The translations under genes and the position numbers were made by a program. From the NCBI RefSeq assembly GCF_001735745.1, contig NZ_CP017260.1, positions 1,050,001 through 1,082,000 of the forward strand: DNA of 32,000 bases. Reading direction: 5' to 3'. Shown here one piece after another: positions 1-7,961 of this stretch (its first letter is position 1; each line of letters opens with the position of its first letter). The DNA is from Formosa sp. Hel1_33_131 (GTDB lineage Bacteria > Bacteroidota > Bacteroidia > Flavobacteriales > Flavobacteriaceae). The notes under the pieces are model-generated. The model had not been told where the DNA came from, made no database searches, and worked only from the letters and a program-made list of their open reading frames with translations.

Positions 1-27
1 ACTAGAATTGAAAACGAAATAAAATCA

Positions 28-573
28 ATGAAAAAAGGGCGTATTCTATTCCCATCTAACTTTGATGATATAGGAAATGTTGAAGTTGTGAAAAAATCAT
101 TATTAAGACTTGAAAACAAAAAATTCTTAGTAAGACTAGCTCATGGAATATATTTATATCCAAAACAAGACAAACTTTTAGGAGTTTTATGTCCTACAAT
201 AGAAGAAATTGCAGTTGCAATTGCAGAACGAGATAAAGCACGAATTATCCCAACAGGAACAACAGCTCTTAATAAATTAGGATTATCAACTCAAATTCCA
301 ATGAATATTGTTTTCTTAACTGACGGAGCTCCAAGAAGTATATTGGTTGGTAAAAGAACAATAAAGCTCAAGCGAACATCTCCAAAAAACTTAGCTGTAA
401 AAGGAGAAATTACAAGTTTAATTATTCAAGCTCTTAAGGAAATTGGAAAAGACAATGTAACAGCAGCCCAATTAGAAAAAATTAAAATACATCTTGAAAA
501 AGAAAAACAAGAAATTATAAAACATGATGCTAAACTAGCTCCTGTTTGGATATCAAAAATCATGAAGAATTAA
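28..573 (+). CDS. AbiEi-family antitoxin (type IV toxin-antitoxin / abortive infection), winged-helix type
   Basis: The 181-aa ORF has an N-terminal pattern (F..F......V...L.RL...K.LVRLAHGIYLYP) typical of AbiEi/DUF6088 antitoxins. Its stop (571-573) lies 2 nt before the ATG of an AbiEii-type gene. Confidence 0.7.
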   Translation: MKKGRILFPSNFDDIGNVEVVKKSLLRLENKKFLVRLAHGIYLYPKQDKLLGVLCPTIEEIAVAIAERDKARIIPTGTTALNKLGLSTQIPMNIVFLTDGAPRSILVGKRTIKLKRTSPKNLAVKGEITSLIIQALKEIGKDNVTAAQLEKIKIHLEKEKQEIIKHDAKLAPVWISKIMKN

Positions 574-575
574 AT

Positions 576-1589
576 ATGAAAGCGTTTATACAACTTAATA
601 ATAAAGATAAACTAAACATATTCAATCAAGTCAGTGAAAAAACTGGACTTCCATCCTCTGCAGTTGAAAAGGATTGGTGGGTAACTTTATCATTGAATAT
701 TATATTTTCATTGTCTTATTCAAAACACATTGTTTTTAAAGGTGGTACATCTTTAAGTAAAGCATGGAATTTAATTGAACGTTTTTCAGAAGATATTGAC
801 TTGGTAATTGACAGAAAACATTTAGGTTTTGAAGGCCAATTGAGTAAAACTCAAGTTAAAAAATTACGCAAAGTATCCTGTTCCTTTATTGGGAATGAAT
901 TCTATAATGACATTAATCATGCTTTAATTAAACTAGGTGTTACAGATTATGAATTAGTTATTCAAGAAACAAAAGATACAGACACCGATCCCTTAGTTAT
1001 TGAATTACGATATAAATCTTTAACAGAAACATCTGACTATTTAAGACCTAGAGTGTTGATAGAAGTTGGCGCACGTTCCTTAATGGAACCTGTAGAAAAT
1101 AAAGCCATTATTTCTATGGTATCTGAAGGATTTAGAGAACTCCCATTTGCTGAAACAGAAATAACAATACCTGTTGTTTCTCCTAAGCGAACCTTTTTGG
1201 AGAAAATATTCCTATTGCATGAGGAATTCCAAAAGGACACTAAGTTTATAAGAGTAGAAAGAATGAGTCGTCATTTGTATGATTTAGAAAAACTAATGGA
1301 TACAATTCACGGTACAGATGCTTTGAAAGCTATTGAATTATACGATACAATTATAGAACACAGAAAGAATTTCAATGCAATAAGAGGAATTGAGTACGCA
1401 AACCACAGCCCTCAATTAATTAACATTCTACCACCAGAAAAAACAGTTAAAGATTGGGAAAAAGACTATAGAACCATGCAAGAAAGTATGTTTTATGGGA
1501 CTACTTTATCTTTCGGCAAATTAATGGAACGCATAGCTGAATTAAACGACAGAATTAAAACAATTTCATCATCATTACCACGATTTTAA
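576..1589 (+). CDS. AbiEii/AbiGii-family nucleotidyltransferase toxin
   Basis: It contains the FKGGTSLSKAWNLIERFSEDIDL motif characteristic of the DUF1814/AbiEii nucleotidyltransferase fold. I chose the ATG at 576 because the tracked ORF start at 546 is a TTG overlapping the upstream gene. Confidence 0.8.
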   Translation: MKAFIQLNNKDKLNIFNQVSEKTGLPSSAVEKDWWVTLSLNIIFSLSYSKHIVFKGGTSLSKAWNLIERFSEDIDLVIDRKHLGFEGQLSKTQVKKLRKVSCSFIGNEFYNDINHALIKLGVTDYELVIQETKDTDTDPLVIELRYKSLTETSDYLRPRVLIEVGARSLMEPVENKAIISMVSEGFRELPFAETEITIPVVSPKRTFLEKIFLLHEEFQKDTKFIRVERMSRHLYDLEKLMDTIHGTDALKAIELYDTIIEHRKNFNAIRGIEYANHSPQLINILPPEKTVKDWEKDYRTMQESMFYGTTLSFGKLMERIAELNDRIKTISSSLPRF

Positions 1590-1626
1590 TTTAAGGTTAT
1601 TTCTGTTTTGCTAATCTAAAGGCTAC

Positions 1627-1677
1627 CGCACGAATCCATTCGTGTGCTAACACATCCCAACCACGCTATAGCGTGGT
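1627..1677. repeat. Two adjacent hairpin/palindrome elements in the AbiE-aro spacer
   Basis: CACGAAT/ATTCGTG forms a hairpin at 1629-1644. A perfect 18-bp palindrome ACCACGCTA|TAGCGTGGT lies at 1660-1677. Confidence 0.6.
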
Positions 1678-1721
1678 GGCAACATTATTACCAGCTGCAA
1701 AGTCCTGACTTAGCAGAACAT

Positions 1722-1751
1722 AAAAAAAGGCCCGCATCGCGAGCCTTTTTT
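1722..1751. terminator. Bidirectional rho-independent terminator between convergent abiEii and the aro operon
   Basis: The sequence is AAAAAAA-GGCCCGC-ATC-GCGAGCC-TTTTTT. The 7-bp stem has one mismatch, with an A-run on one side and a T-run on the other. Confidence 0.7.
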
Positions 1752-1754
1752 GTT

Positions 1755-2837
1755 TTATTTATTCAAGATCAATTCTTGATGGTTGATCGATTCTTGGTGT
1801 ACTGCTTTAAACAGTTTGAGAATAAACTCTTCACTCAAATTGTGTTGTTCTCCTTCAAGAACCATCTTCCCTAAAATCTCATTCCAACGTTTGCTTTGTA
1901 ACACCGCCACGTTTTCTTGTTTTTTAAGAGCGCCAATACTTTCAGAAACTTTCATTCGCTTTCCTAAGGTTTCAAGCAATTGGTTGTCCATCACATCTAT
2001 TTGAGCCCGTAAATTTTTAAGCTGATCGTTGTAAGCCACTTCTGGGGTCGATTCTTTTCTGATTTTTAAATCTTTCATAATTTGAACCAATGATGCTGGC
2101 GTTACTTGTTGTGCCGCATCACTCCAGGCGTTGTCAGGATCAAAATGGGTTTCGATCATCAGACCATCAAAATTCAAGTCCAATGCCGTTTGAGATACAT
2201 CAAAAATCATATCGCGATTTCCTGTAATATGAGAAGGATCGTTGATCAATGGAAGGTCTGGAAACTTTGTTTGCAGTTCAATCGCCATTTGCCATTCTGG
2301 CGTGTTTCTGTATTTTGTTTTTTCATACGATGAAAATCCTCTATGAATCACTCCTAAATTTTTAATATCCGCTGTTGCCAAACGCTCCACGGCACCTAAC
2401 CACAAAGCTAAATCTGGATTCACTGGATTTTTAACCAGTACAATTTTGTCCGTACCCTGTAAGGCATCCGCAATTTCTTGTACAATAAATGGGCTCACTG
2501 TAGAGCGAGCGCCAATCCATAGCAAATCGATGTCGTGTTCCAAAGCCAATTCTACATGGGCTCTGTTGGCAACTTCCGTTGCTGTTTTTAAACCCGTTTC
2601 CGCCTTTACTTTTTGAAGCCATTTGAGACCCAATGCGCCCACACCTTCAAAATTTCCTGGACGGGTTCTCGGTTTCCAAATTCCTGCACGGTAATAGCTT
2701 ACATCGGTATCTTTAAGCTCATGCGCAATTCGCAATACTTGTTCTTCTGTCTCGGCACTACAAGGGCCAGCGATTACTAAAGGGTGGTCGAGATTTAACT
2801 CATTTAACCAATTTCCTAGTTCTTTTTTGTTTTCCAT
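1755..2837 (-). CDS. Bifunctional 3-deoxy-7-phosphoheptulonate (DAHP) synthase / chorismate mutase type II
   Basis: The N-terminal PLVIAGPCSAETEEQ and TIM-barrel body are typical of KDO8PS-like (class I-beta) DAHP synthases. The C-terminal ~90 aa (LRAQIDVMDNQLLETLGKRMKVSESIGALKK...) resemble the AroQ chorismate mutase fold. It is the last gene of the Phe/Tyr operon. Confidence 0.85.
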   Translation of the reverse strand: MENKKELGNWLNELNLDHPLVIAGPCSAETEEQVLRIAHELKDTDVSYYRAGIWKPRTRPGNFEGVGALGLKWLQKVKAETGLKTATEVANRAHVELALEHDIDLLWIGARSTVSPFIVQEIADALQGTDKIVLVKNPVNPDLALWLGAVERLATADIKNLGVIHRGFSSYEKTKYRNTPEWQMAIELQTKFPDLPLINDPSHITGNRDMIFDVSQTALDLNFDGLMIETHFDPDNAWSDAAQQVTPASLVQIMKDLKIRKESTPEVAYNDQLKNLRAQIDVMDNQLLETLGKRMKVSESIGALKKQENVAVLQSKRWNEILGKMVLEGEQHNLSEEFILKLFKAVHQESINHQELILNK

Positions 2838-2849
2838 TTTTTGTTATTA

Positions 2850-3701
2850 TTAAGCAATTCCTTTTAATATTTGTTTTATATGATTTGTGTTTTTCATTTC
2901 GTTGTGTACAGCTTCAAAATTGTCTTGCTCCATATAAGCTTTAAATTGATTTAAATTCTGAATGTACTCTGTAAGCGTCTCTATAACATTGGCTTTATTT
3001 TGTTCAAAAATAGGCGTCCACATATCGGGTGAACTTTTAGCCAATCGCACGGTAGATTCAAATCCACTGCCTGCCATATCAAAAATATCGCGTTCGTTTT
3101 TTTCTTTATCAATCACCGTTTTCCCCAGCATAAATGAACTGATGTGTGACAAATGCGACACATACGCAATGTGTTTATCATGGTCTTTCGCCGGCATAAA
3201 ACGCAGATGCATTCCCATATTTTTAAACAGTGTTAAAACCACTTCTCCTAAAGCTGGCAAGGTTTTTTCGACCTCACAAATGATGTTGGTCTTATTCTCA
3301 AACAAGCCTTTGATCGCTGCGGAAGGCCCTGAGAATTCAGTTCCCGCAATGGGGTGTGTTGCTAAAAATTGAGTCCGTTTTGGATGTGTGGACACCGCCT
3401 TGCAAATCGCTTCTTTGGTAGAACCCATATCAATCACGACTGCTTGGTCTGAGATTAAATTTAAAACCTCAGGCAATACTTCTAGTGCTGCATTTACGGG
3501 AATTGCCAACACCACGAGATCTGCGTCCACAAGGCTGTTTAAATCCCCTATTTGGTCAATGATCTCAAGTTCTAAAGCTTCTGATAAATGCGTTTCATTT
3601 TGATCAATTCCTGTGATGCGAACTCCTGAAATATAGTGTTTTAAATCCAACGCAAAACTGCCACCAATCAATCCAATCCCTATGATGCTTACCTGTTTCA
3701 T
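2850..3701 (-). CDS. tyrA: Prephenate dehydrogenase
   Basis: It starts MKQVSIIGIGLIGGSFALDL, a Rossmann GxGxxG motif, followed by a prephenate dehydrogenase body. The ATG at 3701 overlaps the upstream stop as ATGA. The longer tracked ORF (to 3875) is read-through into the preceding gene. Confidence 0.85.
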   Translation of the reverse strand: MKQVSIIGIGLIGGSFALDLKHYISGVRITGIDQNETHLSEALELEIIDQIGDLNSLVDADLVVLAIPVNAALEVLPEVLNLISDQAVVIDMGSTKEAICKAVSTHPKRTQFLATHPIAGTEFSGPSAAIKGLFENKTNIICEVEKTLPALGEVVLTLFKNMGMHLRFMPAKDHDKHIAYVSHLSHISSFMLGKTVIDKEKNERDIFDMAGSGFESTVRLAKSSPDMWTPIFEQNKANVIETLTEYIQNLNQFKAYMEQDNFEAVHNEMKNTNHIKQILKGIA

Positions 3702-4840
3702 AAGACGCGTTTTATGGCAGATTGAATACTCTCTTTTGGCGCACACAATGAGAACCGAACGTAGCCTTCGCCATTGCTGCCAAAAATGGTCCCTGGCGCA
3801 ATAAATACATGATGCTCTTGTAATAGAGTGTCGATAAATGTTTCTGATTTCAAACCCGATGGTAATTTGGCCCATACAAACATTCCTGAAGTTGAAGTTT
3901 CAAACGTACAGTTGAGAGCGGTGGCTAATTCCCACACAAGCTGACGACGTTCCGCATAGATTTTATTTAAATCCGTAAACCAATTTTTTGAACTGTTGAG
4001 GGCTTCAATCGCGCCTTTTTGAATCCCGTAAAACATTCCCGAATCCATATTACTTTTAACTTTAATGACATTCTGTAAATGTGCTGCTGAACCTGTTAAC
4101 ATTCCCACACGCCAGCCGGCCATATTGAACGTTTTACTTAAAGAATTTAGTTCTAAACAGACGTCTTTTGCACCTTCAATATTGAAAATACTAGAAGGAT
4201 GTTCATTTAAAATAAAACTATAAGGGTTGTCATTGATGAGTAAAATAGAATGTTTTTGAGCGAAATCAACCAATGCTTTTAATACGGTTTGATCGCCTAA
4301 AGTCCCTGTCGGCATGTGTGGATAATTGACCCACATGATTTTTACCTTGGACAAATCCATCGCTTCTAAAGCTGCTAAATCTGGTTGCCAATTGGAGCTT
4401 GCTTTTAAATCATAAAAAACAGGGTCCGCACCTACTAATTTCGTGACCGAAGTGTAGGTTGGATAGCCTGGATTTGGAATTAAAACGGCATCGCCTTCAT
4501 TGAGGTACGCCATTGAAATATGCATAATTCCTTCTTTACTCCCTATGAGAGGTAAAATTTCATTTTCAGAATTTAGACTTACGTTGTAATGGGTTTGATA
4601 AAAATCTGCCATGGCCGATCGAAGTTCTGGAAGTCCTTGATAACTTTGATATTTATGAGCTGAGGCGTCCGTCAGACTGTCTGTAATGGCAGAAATGACG
4701 GCTTTTGGTGGCGCCAAATCAGGACTTCCGATGCCTAAATTGATGATGGGAGCACCGGCAGCCTTCATGGCATTGACCTCTCTTAATTTTTTAGAAAAGT
4801 AGTATTCTTCAACGGTATGTAATCGATTGGCAGTAACCAT
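3698..4840 (-). CDS. Class I/II PLP-dependent aminotransferase (probable aromatic/prephenate aminotransferase by context)
   Basis: It carries NPGYPTY and the SLSKTFNMAGWRVG PLP-lysine motif. It sits between pheA and tyrA with 1-nt and 4-nt overlaps. Confidence 0.8.
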   Translation of the reverse strand: MVTANRLHTVEEYYFSKKLREVNAMKAAGAPIINLGIGSPDLAPPKAVISAITDSLTDASAHKYQSYQGLPELRSAMADFYQTHYNVSLNSENEILPLIGSKEGIMHISMAYLNEGDAVLIPNPGYPTYTSVTKLVGADPVFYDLKASSNWQPDLAALEAMDLSKVKIMWVNYPHMPTGTLGDQTVLKALVDFAQKHSILLINDNPYSFILNEHPSSIFNIEGAKDVCLELNSLSKTFNMAGWRVGMLTGSAAHLQNVIKVKSNMDSGMFYGIQKGAIEALNSSKNWFTDLNKIYAERRQLVWELATALNCTFETSTSGMFVWAKLPSGLKSETFIDTLLQEHHVFIAPGTIFGSNGEGYVRFSLCAPKESIQSAIKRVL

Positions 4841-5667
4841 TATTTTTTTGCGTTTTTATATTCCCCTAAAATTTTAAATTCTTCCGCCATGAGTTTCATA
4901 ATGGCTTTGCCCTTTTCATAATCGGAGAACTTCTCAAAAGTGATGTCCACAAAAAAGGCATATTTCCAAGGGGTATCAATTTTTGGTAAGGATTGTATTT
5001 TTGTTAAATTCAAATTACAATCACTCATCACATTCAGCATTGCTGCCAAGCTTCCACGTTTGTGATCCAATAGGAATTTGACAGAGGCTTTATTTGTTGT
5101 TGCTGTATTTTGTTCAATTTGGTTTCTTTCTACAATGACAAATCGAGTTTCGTTGTGCTTTATCGTTTGAATGCTTTTTGCGAGAATCTCCAACCCAAAT
5201 AGTTGAGCGGCTTGTACACTCGCAATGGCGGCAACGCCTTGAAGTTGACCCTCTGAAATTCGTTTGGCAACCTCGGCAGTATCGGTGTCTTCAATTAATT
5301 TTATATGGGGGTATTGTTTGAAAAATTCTTTACATTGTAACAACGCCATGGGATGCGAAAAAACTTCTTTGATGTCTTGAATCGATTGTCCTTTGAGTGC
5401 CATTAGATTGTGTTGTATTTCTAAAAAACACTCTCCTGTAATGTGTAAATCCTGATCGTTGATGTATGCATAATTCGGAATGATGGAGCCCGCAATGGAA
5501 TTCTCTAACGCCATGATAGCCACGTCCGAGGTTTTGGAAATTAAACTCTCCACAACTTCACTAAATGAAAGATAGGGTTGTACCTCAACGGATTCCTCAA
5601 AATATGTTTGAGAAACAATGTGATGGAACGACCCTTCAACTCCTTGTATGGCTACTTTTTTTGTCAT
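4840..5667 (-). CDS. pheA: Prephenate dehydratase
   Basis: The N-terminus is VAIQGVEGSFHH and a C-terminal ACT-like region ends the 275-aa protein. It is the first enzyme gene of the operon. Confidence 0.85.
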   Translation of the reverse strand: MTKKVAIQGVEGSFHHIVSQTYFEESVEVQPYLSFSEVVESLISKTSDVAIMALENSIAGSIIPNYAYINDQDLHITGECFLEIQHNLMALKGQSIQDIKEVFSHPMALLQCKEFFKQYPHIKLIEDTDTAEVAKRISEGQLQGVAAIASVQAAQLFGLEILAKSIQTIKHNETRFVIVERNQIEQNTATTNKASVKFLLDHKRGSLAAMLNVMSDCNLNLTKIQSLPKIDTPWKYAFFVDITFEKFSDYEKGKAIMKLMAEEFKILGEYKNAKK

Positions 5668-5696
5668 AAAAAAAAATCCCGATGTTTACATCGAGA
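5668..5696 (-). terminator. Intrinsic terminator (candidate attenuator) immediately 5' of the pheA ATG
   Basis: The minus strand reads TCTCGATG-TAAA-CATCGGGA followed by nine T and then ATG. The stem is 8 bp including one G.U pair. Confidence 0.65.
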
Positions 5697-5723
5697 CTTA
5701 TATTTAAAATTTATATTGATAAA

Positions 5724-5804
5724 TTACATACACAGTGCTTCGATTTCTTTTCTGAAAAAGAAATAATAAAAGCTATAAAAAATGTAATTTACTGTTGTCA
5801 TCAT
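5724..5804 (-). CDS. Putative Phe/Tyr-rich leader peptide MMTTVNYIFYSFYYFFFRKEIEALCM
   Basis: This is my manual translation of the minus strand; the ORF is not in the supplied track. Five Phe and four Tyr fall within 11 consecutive codons. It lies between the upstream spacer and the terminator in front of pheA. Confidence 0.5.
   Translation of the reverse strand: MMTTVNYIFYSFYYFFFRKEIEALCM
5743..5764 (-). promoter_or_regulatory. Perfect 9-bp hairpin overlapping the FFF codons of the leader ORF
   Basis: The minus strand reads ATTTCTTTT-TCAG-AAAAGAAAT. The 5' arm contains the codons TTC TTT TTC. Confidence 0.4.
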
Positions 5805-6021
5805 TTTGTAATTGGAAGCTAAAGTATATATATTTTCTACATAAAAAAACTTAATTTCTTTTTTTTGTGACTTGTTTAGAAAATTTATTGATAATTCAAT
5901 GAAAATAGGCCTGAAATCGATAAAATATATTTTTAAGACCTTTTTTTGGAGAATTGATTTTAGGTGTTTTTGGACGACTCCGCTTAGAACAACTTCAAAA
6001 TGTGCTATTTAGTGAATCTAA

Positions 6022-6768
6022 TCAATCCAAAAACAGCAAGCGACCGGTGTAATACTCCTGAACTTCAACCACGGGCGGGGTATGAATACTAATGACATCC
6101 CCTGTACTTCTGATATCGACGTTTAAAGATTGTTGAGGATTTACAATGATATCGTGGCTACTTCTTTGGAATATAGTGACGTCTTGTGCAATGAGGTCCG
6201 CGCCCTTAAACTCACAGAGTCCAGCCGCAAAAAATACAGACAGCGTTTCTGTATCTCCTGAAATTGTGAATGTTGATAAATTATTAGCAACGACTCTGAT
6301 GCTTTGTGTATCTACAGTCATATTAAAATCCCCAATACTTAGATAACTCGAATTATAATCCTCAGAAACAAGAGATAGACTTTCAAAGCTTAAGACTCCA
6401 TCTGAGGATGTCAAATACTGAGTGTTACTCCTTATTGCTTTCAGAACAGGGGTGGTTACGATCATTTTGGTAATTCCATAGTCTCTGACGTAGTTACAAC
6501 TGTTAGGATCTGTTAATTGTAGTTCATTATCTACAACGATGACTTCCATCGTACCAAGCAGATTTTCCCCTGTTTGAATTTCAACTTTATAATCTGCTCC
6601 TTGTTTAATCACCAATTCAATATCTCTATTGACAAGTATTTTTTCAAAAGGATCAACAATCAGTTCTTGAGTTACTGGCGCTCCTGAAGTTTGAATGCAC
6701 CCCCAAGCATCTTCTTTATCGCAAGAAAAAAAGACCAATAACACTAGTGTATAAAATAATCTGTTCAT
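6022..6768 (-). CDS. Lipoprotein with DUF2807 / head GIN-like beta-helical domain
   Basis: The signal peptide has a lipobox (LLVFFSC). A repetitive beta-strand pattern (FEKILVNRDIELVIKQGADYKVEIQTGENLL...VVDNELQL) is typical of DUF2807 proteins. Confidence 0.55.
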   Translation of the reverse strand: MNRLFYTLVLLVFFSCDKEDAWGCIQTSGAPVTQELIVDPFEKILVNRDIELVIKQGADYKVEIQTGENLLGTMEVIVVDNELQLTDPNSCNYVRDYGITKMIVTTPVLKAIRSNTQYLTSSDGVLSFESLSLVSEDYNSSYLSIGDFNMTVDTQSIRVVANNLSTFTISGDTETLSVFFAAGLCEFKGADLIAQDVTIFQRSSHDIIVNPQQSLNVDIRSTGDVISIHTPPVVEVQEYYTGRLLFLD

Positions 6769-6769
6769 A

Positions 6770-7861
6770 TTACAATCGTATTCCTATTCCAAATTCAAGG
6801 GTTTCTGCTTTCGCTAAATGGGATTTGACAGAAAAAGCCCCAAACCATTTTTCATTAAAATAATATTTTAAACCGATTCTATTATAGATACGTCCTTCAA
6901 ATTCATAGGGGTAATACAGGTAATATCCCGCCTGAGTGACAAGCGACCAGTTATTTATAAATAATTCATAACCCAAAAATCCACCAATGCGTTTATAGTC
7001 GGCATCCGGGTCTGATGGTTGTTCAGGAAATGCAACACTTCGGTAGTGGATTTCTTCTTGTAAAGCCTTTGAAAAGAACGCTTCTACCCCCACTTGAAAT
7101 GCACTGAAAAAATTAATACGCTTGTCCACATAGGCTGAAAGTGTATAAAATGGAAATTGTTCACTTCCTACCACATCTGTTTGACTGAGACCAGAGCGCA
7201 GGACAAAATTGTATTTGAACGCTGTGGAGACCGCTGGGTGTTCTACGGACTCTTCGTAGACGATTTCCTTTGTATCTAAATCATAATTCAAGCCAATATT
7301 TAATGAGATGGTATTTACACTTGTGTTGGGAGATTTAAAACTTCCATTGGAGGCGTGAAAGAACACCAATCCTGTTTGAAGTCCGATAGGACCTAATAGG
7401 TTTGGTTTTTTATAGTTTAACATCAGATAGGGACTGCCTAATAATTTGGATCCAAATGCAACGTTTTTTGGGTTTGAATTTTTATCATACGGGTTTGACG
7501 CAACTACAATCCCTTGCCCAACGCGCAGCATCAATCGGCGTTTGAAGAAGTAAAAATTAAAATGACCGTAAAACCCAAATGTATTTCCGAGTACCTCATT
7601 TTTTAGATCTTGATACATAAAAGAGGCTCCATAATCTGGGTAATTATAGCGTTGCTGCCACTCCTTTTTTCCATCTGTTCGGTGGTTCCATCCCAGTATA
7701 ATTCCTTCTGGATGGCCTTTAATAAGATGTAATATATTGGTATTATGAACCGGAATGTTTCCTTTGAAATAATTAACATCTACAAAGCTGCTGCTTTGAT
7801 TTTCCTGCGAAAAACCAAAGAAGACCATACATCCAAAAAAACAACCTAGAAACCGATTCAT
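6770..7861 (-). CDS. Acyloxyacyl hydrolase / lipid A deacylase (PagL-like) outer-membrane protein
   Basis: A signal peptide is followed by GHPEGIILGWNHRTDGKKEWQQRYNYPDYGASFMYQD and YGHFNFYF, which resemble the flavobacterial acyloxyacyl hydrolase family. There is a 1-nt gap to the downstream lipoprotein gene. Confidence 0.6.
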   Translation of the reverse strand: MNRFLGCFFGCMVFFGFSQENQSSSFVDVNYFKGNIPVHNTNILHLIKGHPEGIILGWNHRTDGKKEWQQRYNYPDYGASFMYQDLKNEVLGNTFGFYGHFNFYFFKRRLMLRVGQGIVVASNPYDKNSNPKNVAFGSKLLGSPYLMLNYKKPNLLGPIGLQTGLVFFHASNGSFKSPNTSVNTISLNIGLNYDLDTKEIVYEESVEHPAVSTAFKYNFVLRSGLSQTDVVGSEQFPFYTLSAYVDKRINFFSAFQVGVEAFFSKALQEEIHYRSVAFPEQPSDPDADYKRIGGFLGYELFINNWSLVTQAGYYLYYPYEFEGRIYNRIGLKYYFNEKWFGAFSVKSHLAKAETLEFGIGIRL

Positions 7862-7953
7862 TTCAAAATAATAAGACCGTAAAAGTAAAGTAAATATTTA
7901 AATACCTATTGTAGAGATGTGGAATATAACTTTTTTATTCATCCAATATTTAG

Positions 7954-7961
7954 TAAGTTTG
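7954..7961 (+). promoter_or_regulatory. Candidate Bacteroidota -7 promoter box TAAGTTTG upstream of metK
   Basis: It is an exact match to TAnnTTTG, 117 nt upstream of the metK ATG. I saw no clear -33 TTG at the expected spacing. Confidence 0.4.

Noticed and set aside
546-575. The TTG start of the AbiEii ORF, overlapping abiEi.
   Set aside because: An ATG at 576, 2 nt after the abiEi stop, gives a more conventional coupled start. The extra 10 residues have no support.
1644-1874. A 76-aa + strand ORF spanning the spacer and the 3' end of the DAHP synthase/CM gene.
   Set aside because: It runs through hairpin and terminator sequence and is antisense to a well-supported gene. I recognised no protein features.
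2962-3372. Antisense or shadow ORFs inside well-supported genes. Examples are 1037-1240, 1783-2004, 2106-2333, 2431-2622, 2962-3372, 3388-3603, 6146-6346, 8754-9002, 12779-13012, 13468-13695, 13961-14380, 17584-19076, 21094-21402, 21950-22192, 22654-22842, 23444-24150, 24529-24993, 26727-27164, 28246-28461, 28976-29389 and 30958-31200.
   Set aside because: Each lies wholly within, and opposite to or out of frame with, a gene that has strong family motifs. The translations are low-complexity or Ser/Thr/Cys-rich, as expected for shadow frames.
3702-3875. The upstream part of the tracked 341-aa tyrA ORF.
   Set aside because: It overlaps the 3' end of the aminotransferase gene in another frame. 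The Rossmann motif begins right after the internal Met at 3701, which forms an ATGA overlap with the upstream stop.
5578-5766. A 62-aa + strand ORF across the pheA start and leader region.
   Set aside because: It is antisense to pheA and the leader/terminator region and has low-complexity AT-driven composition.
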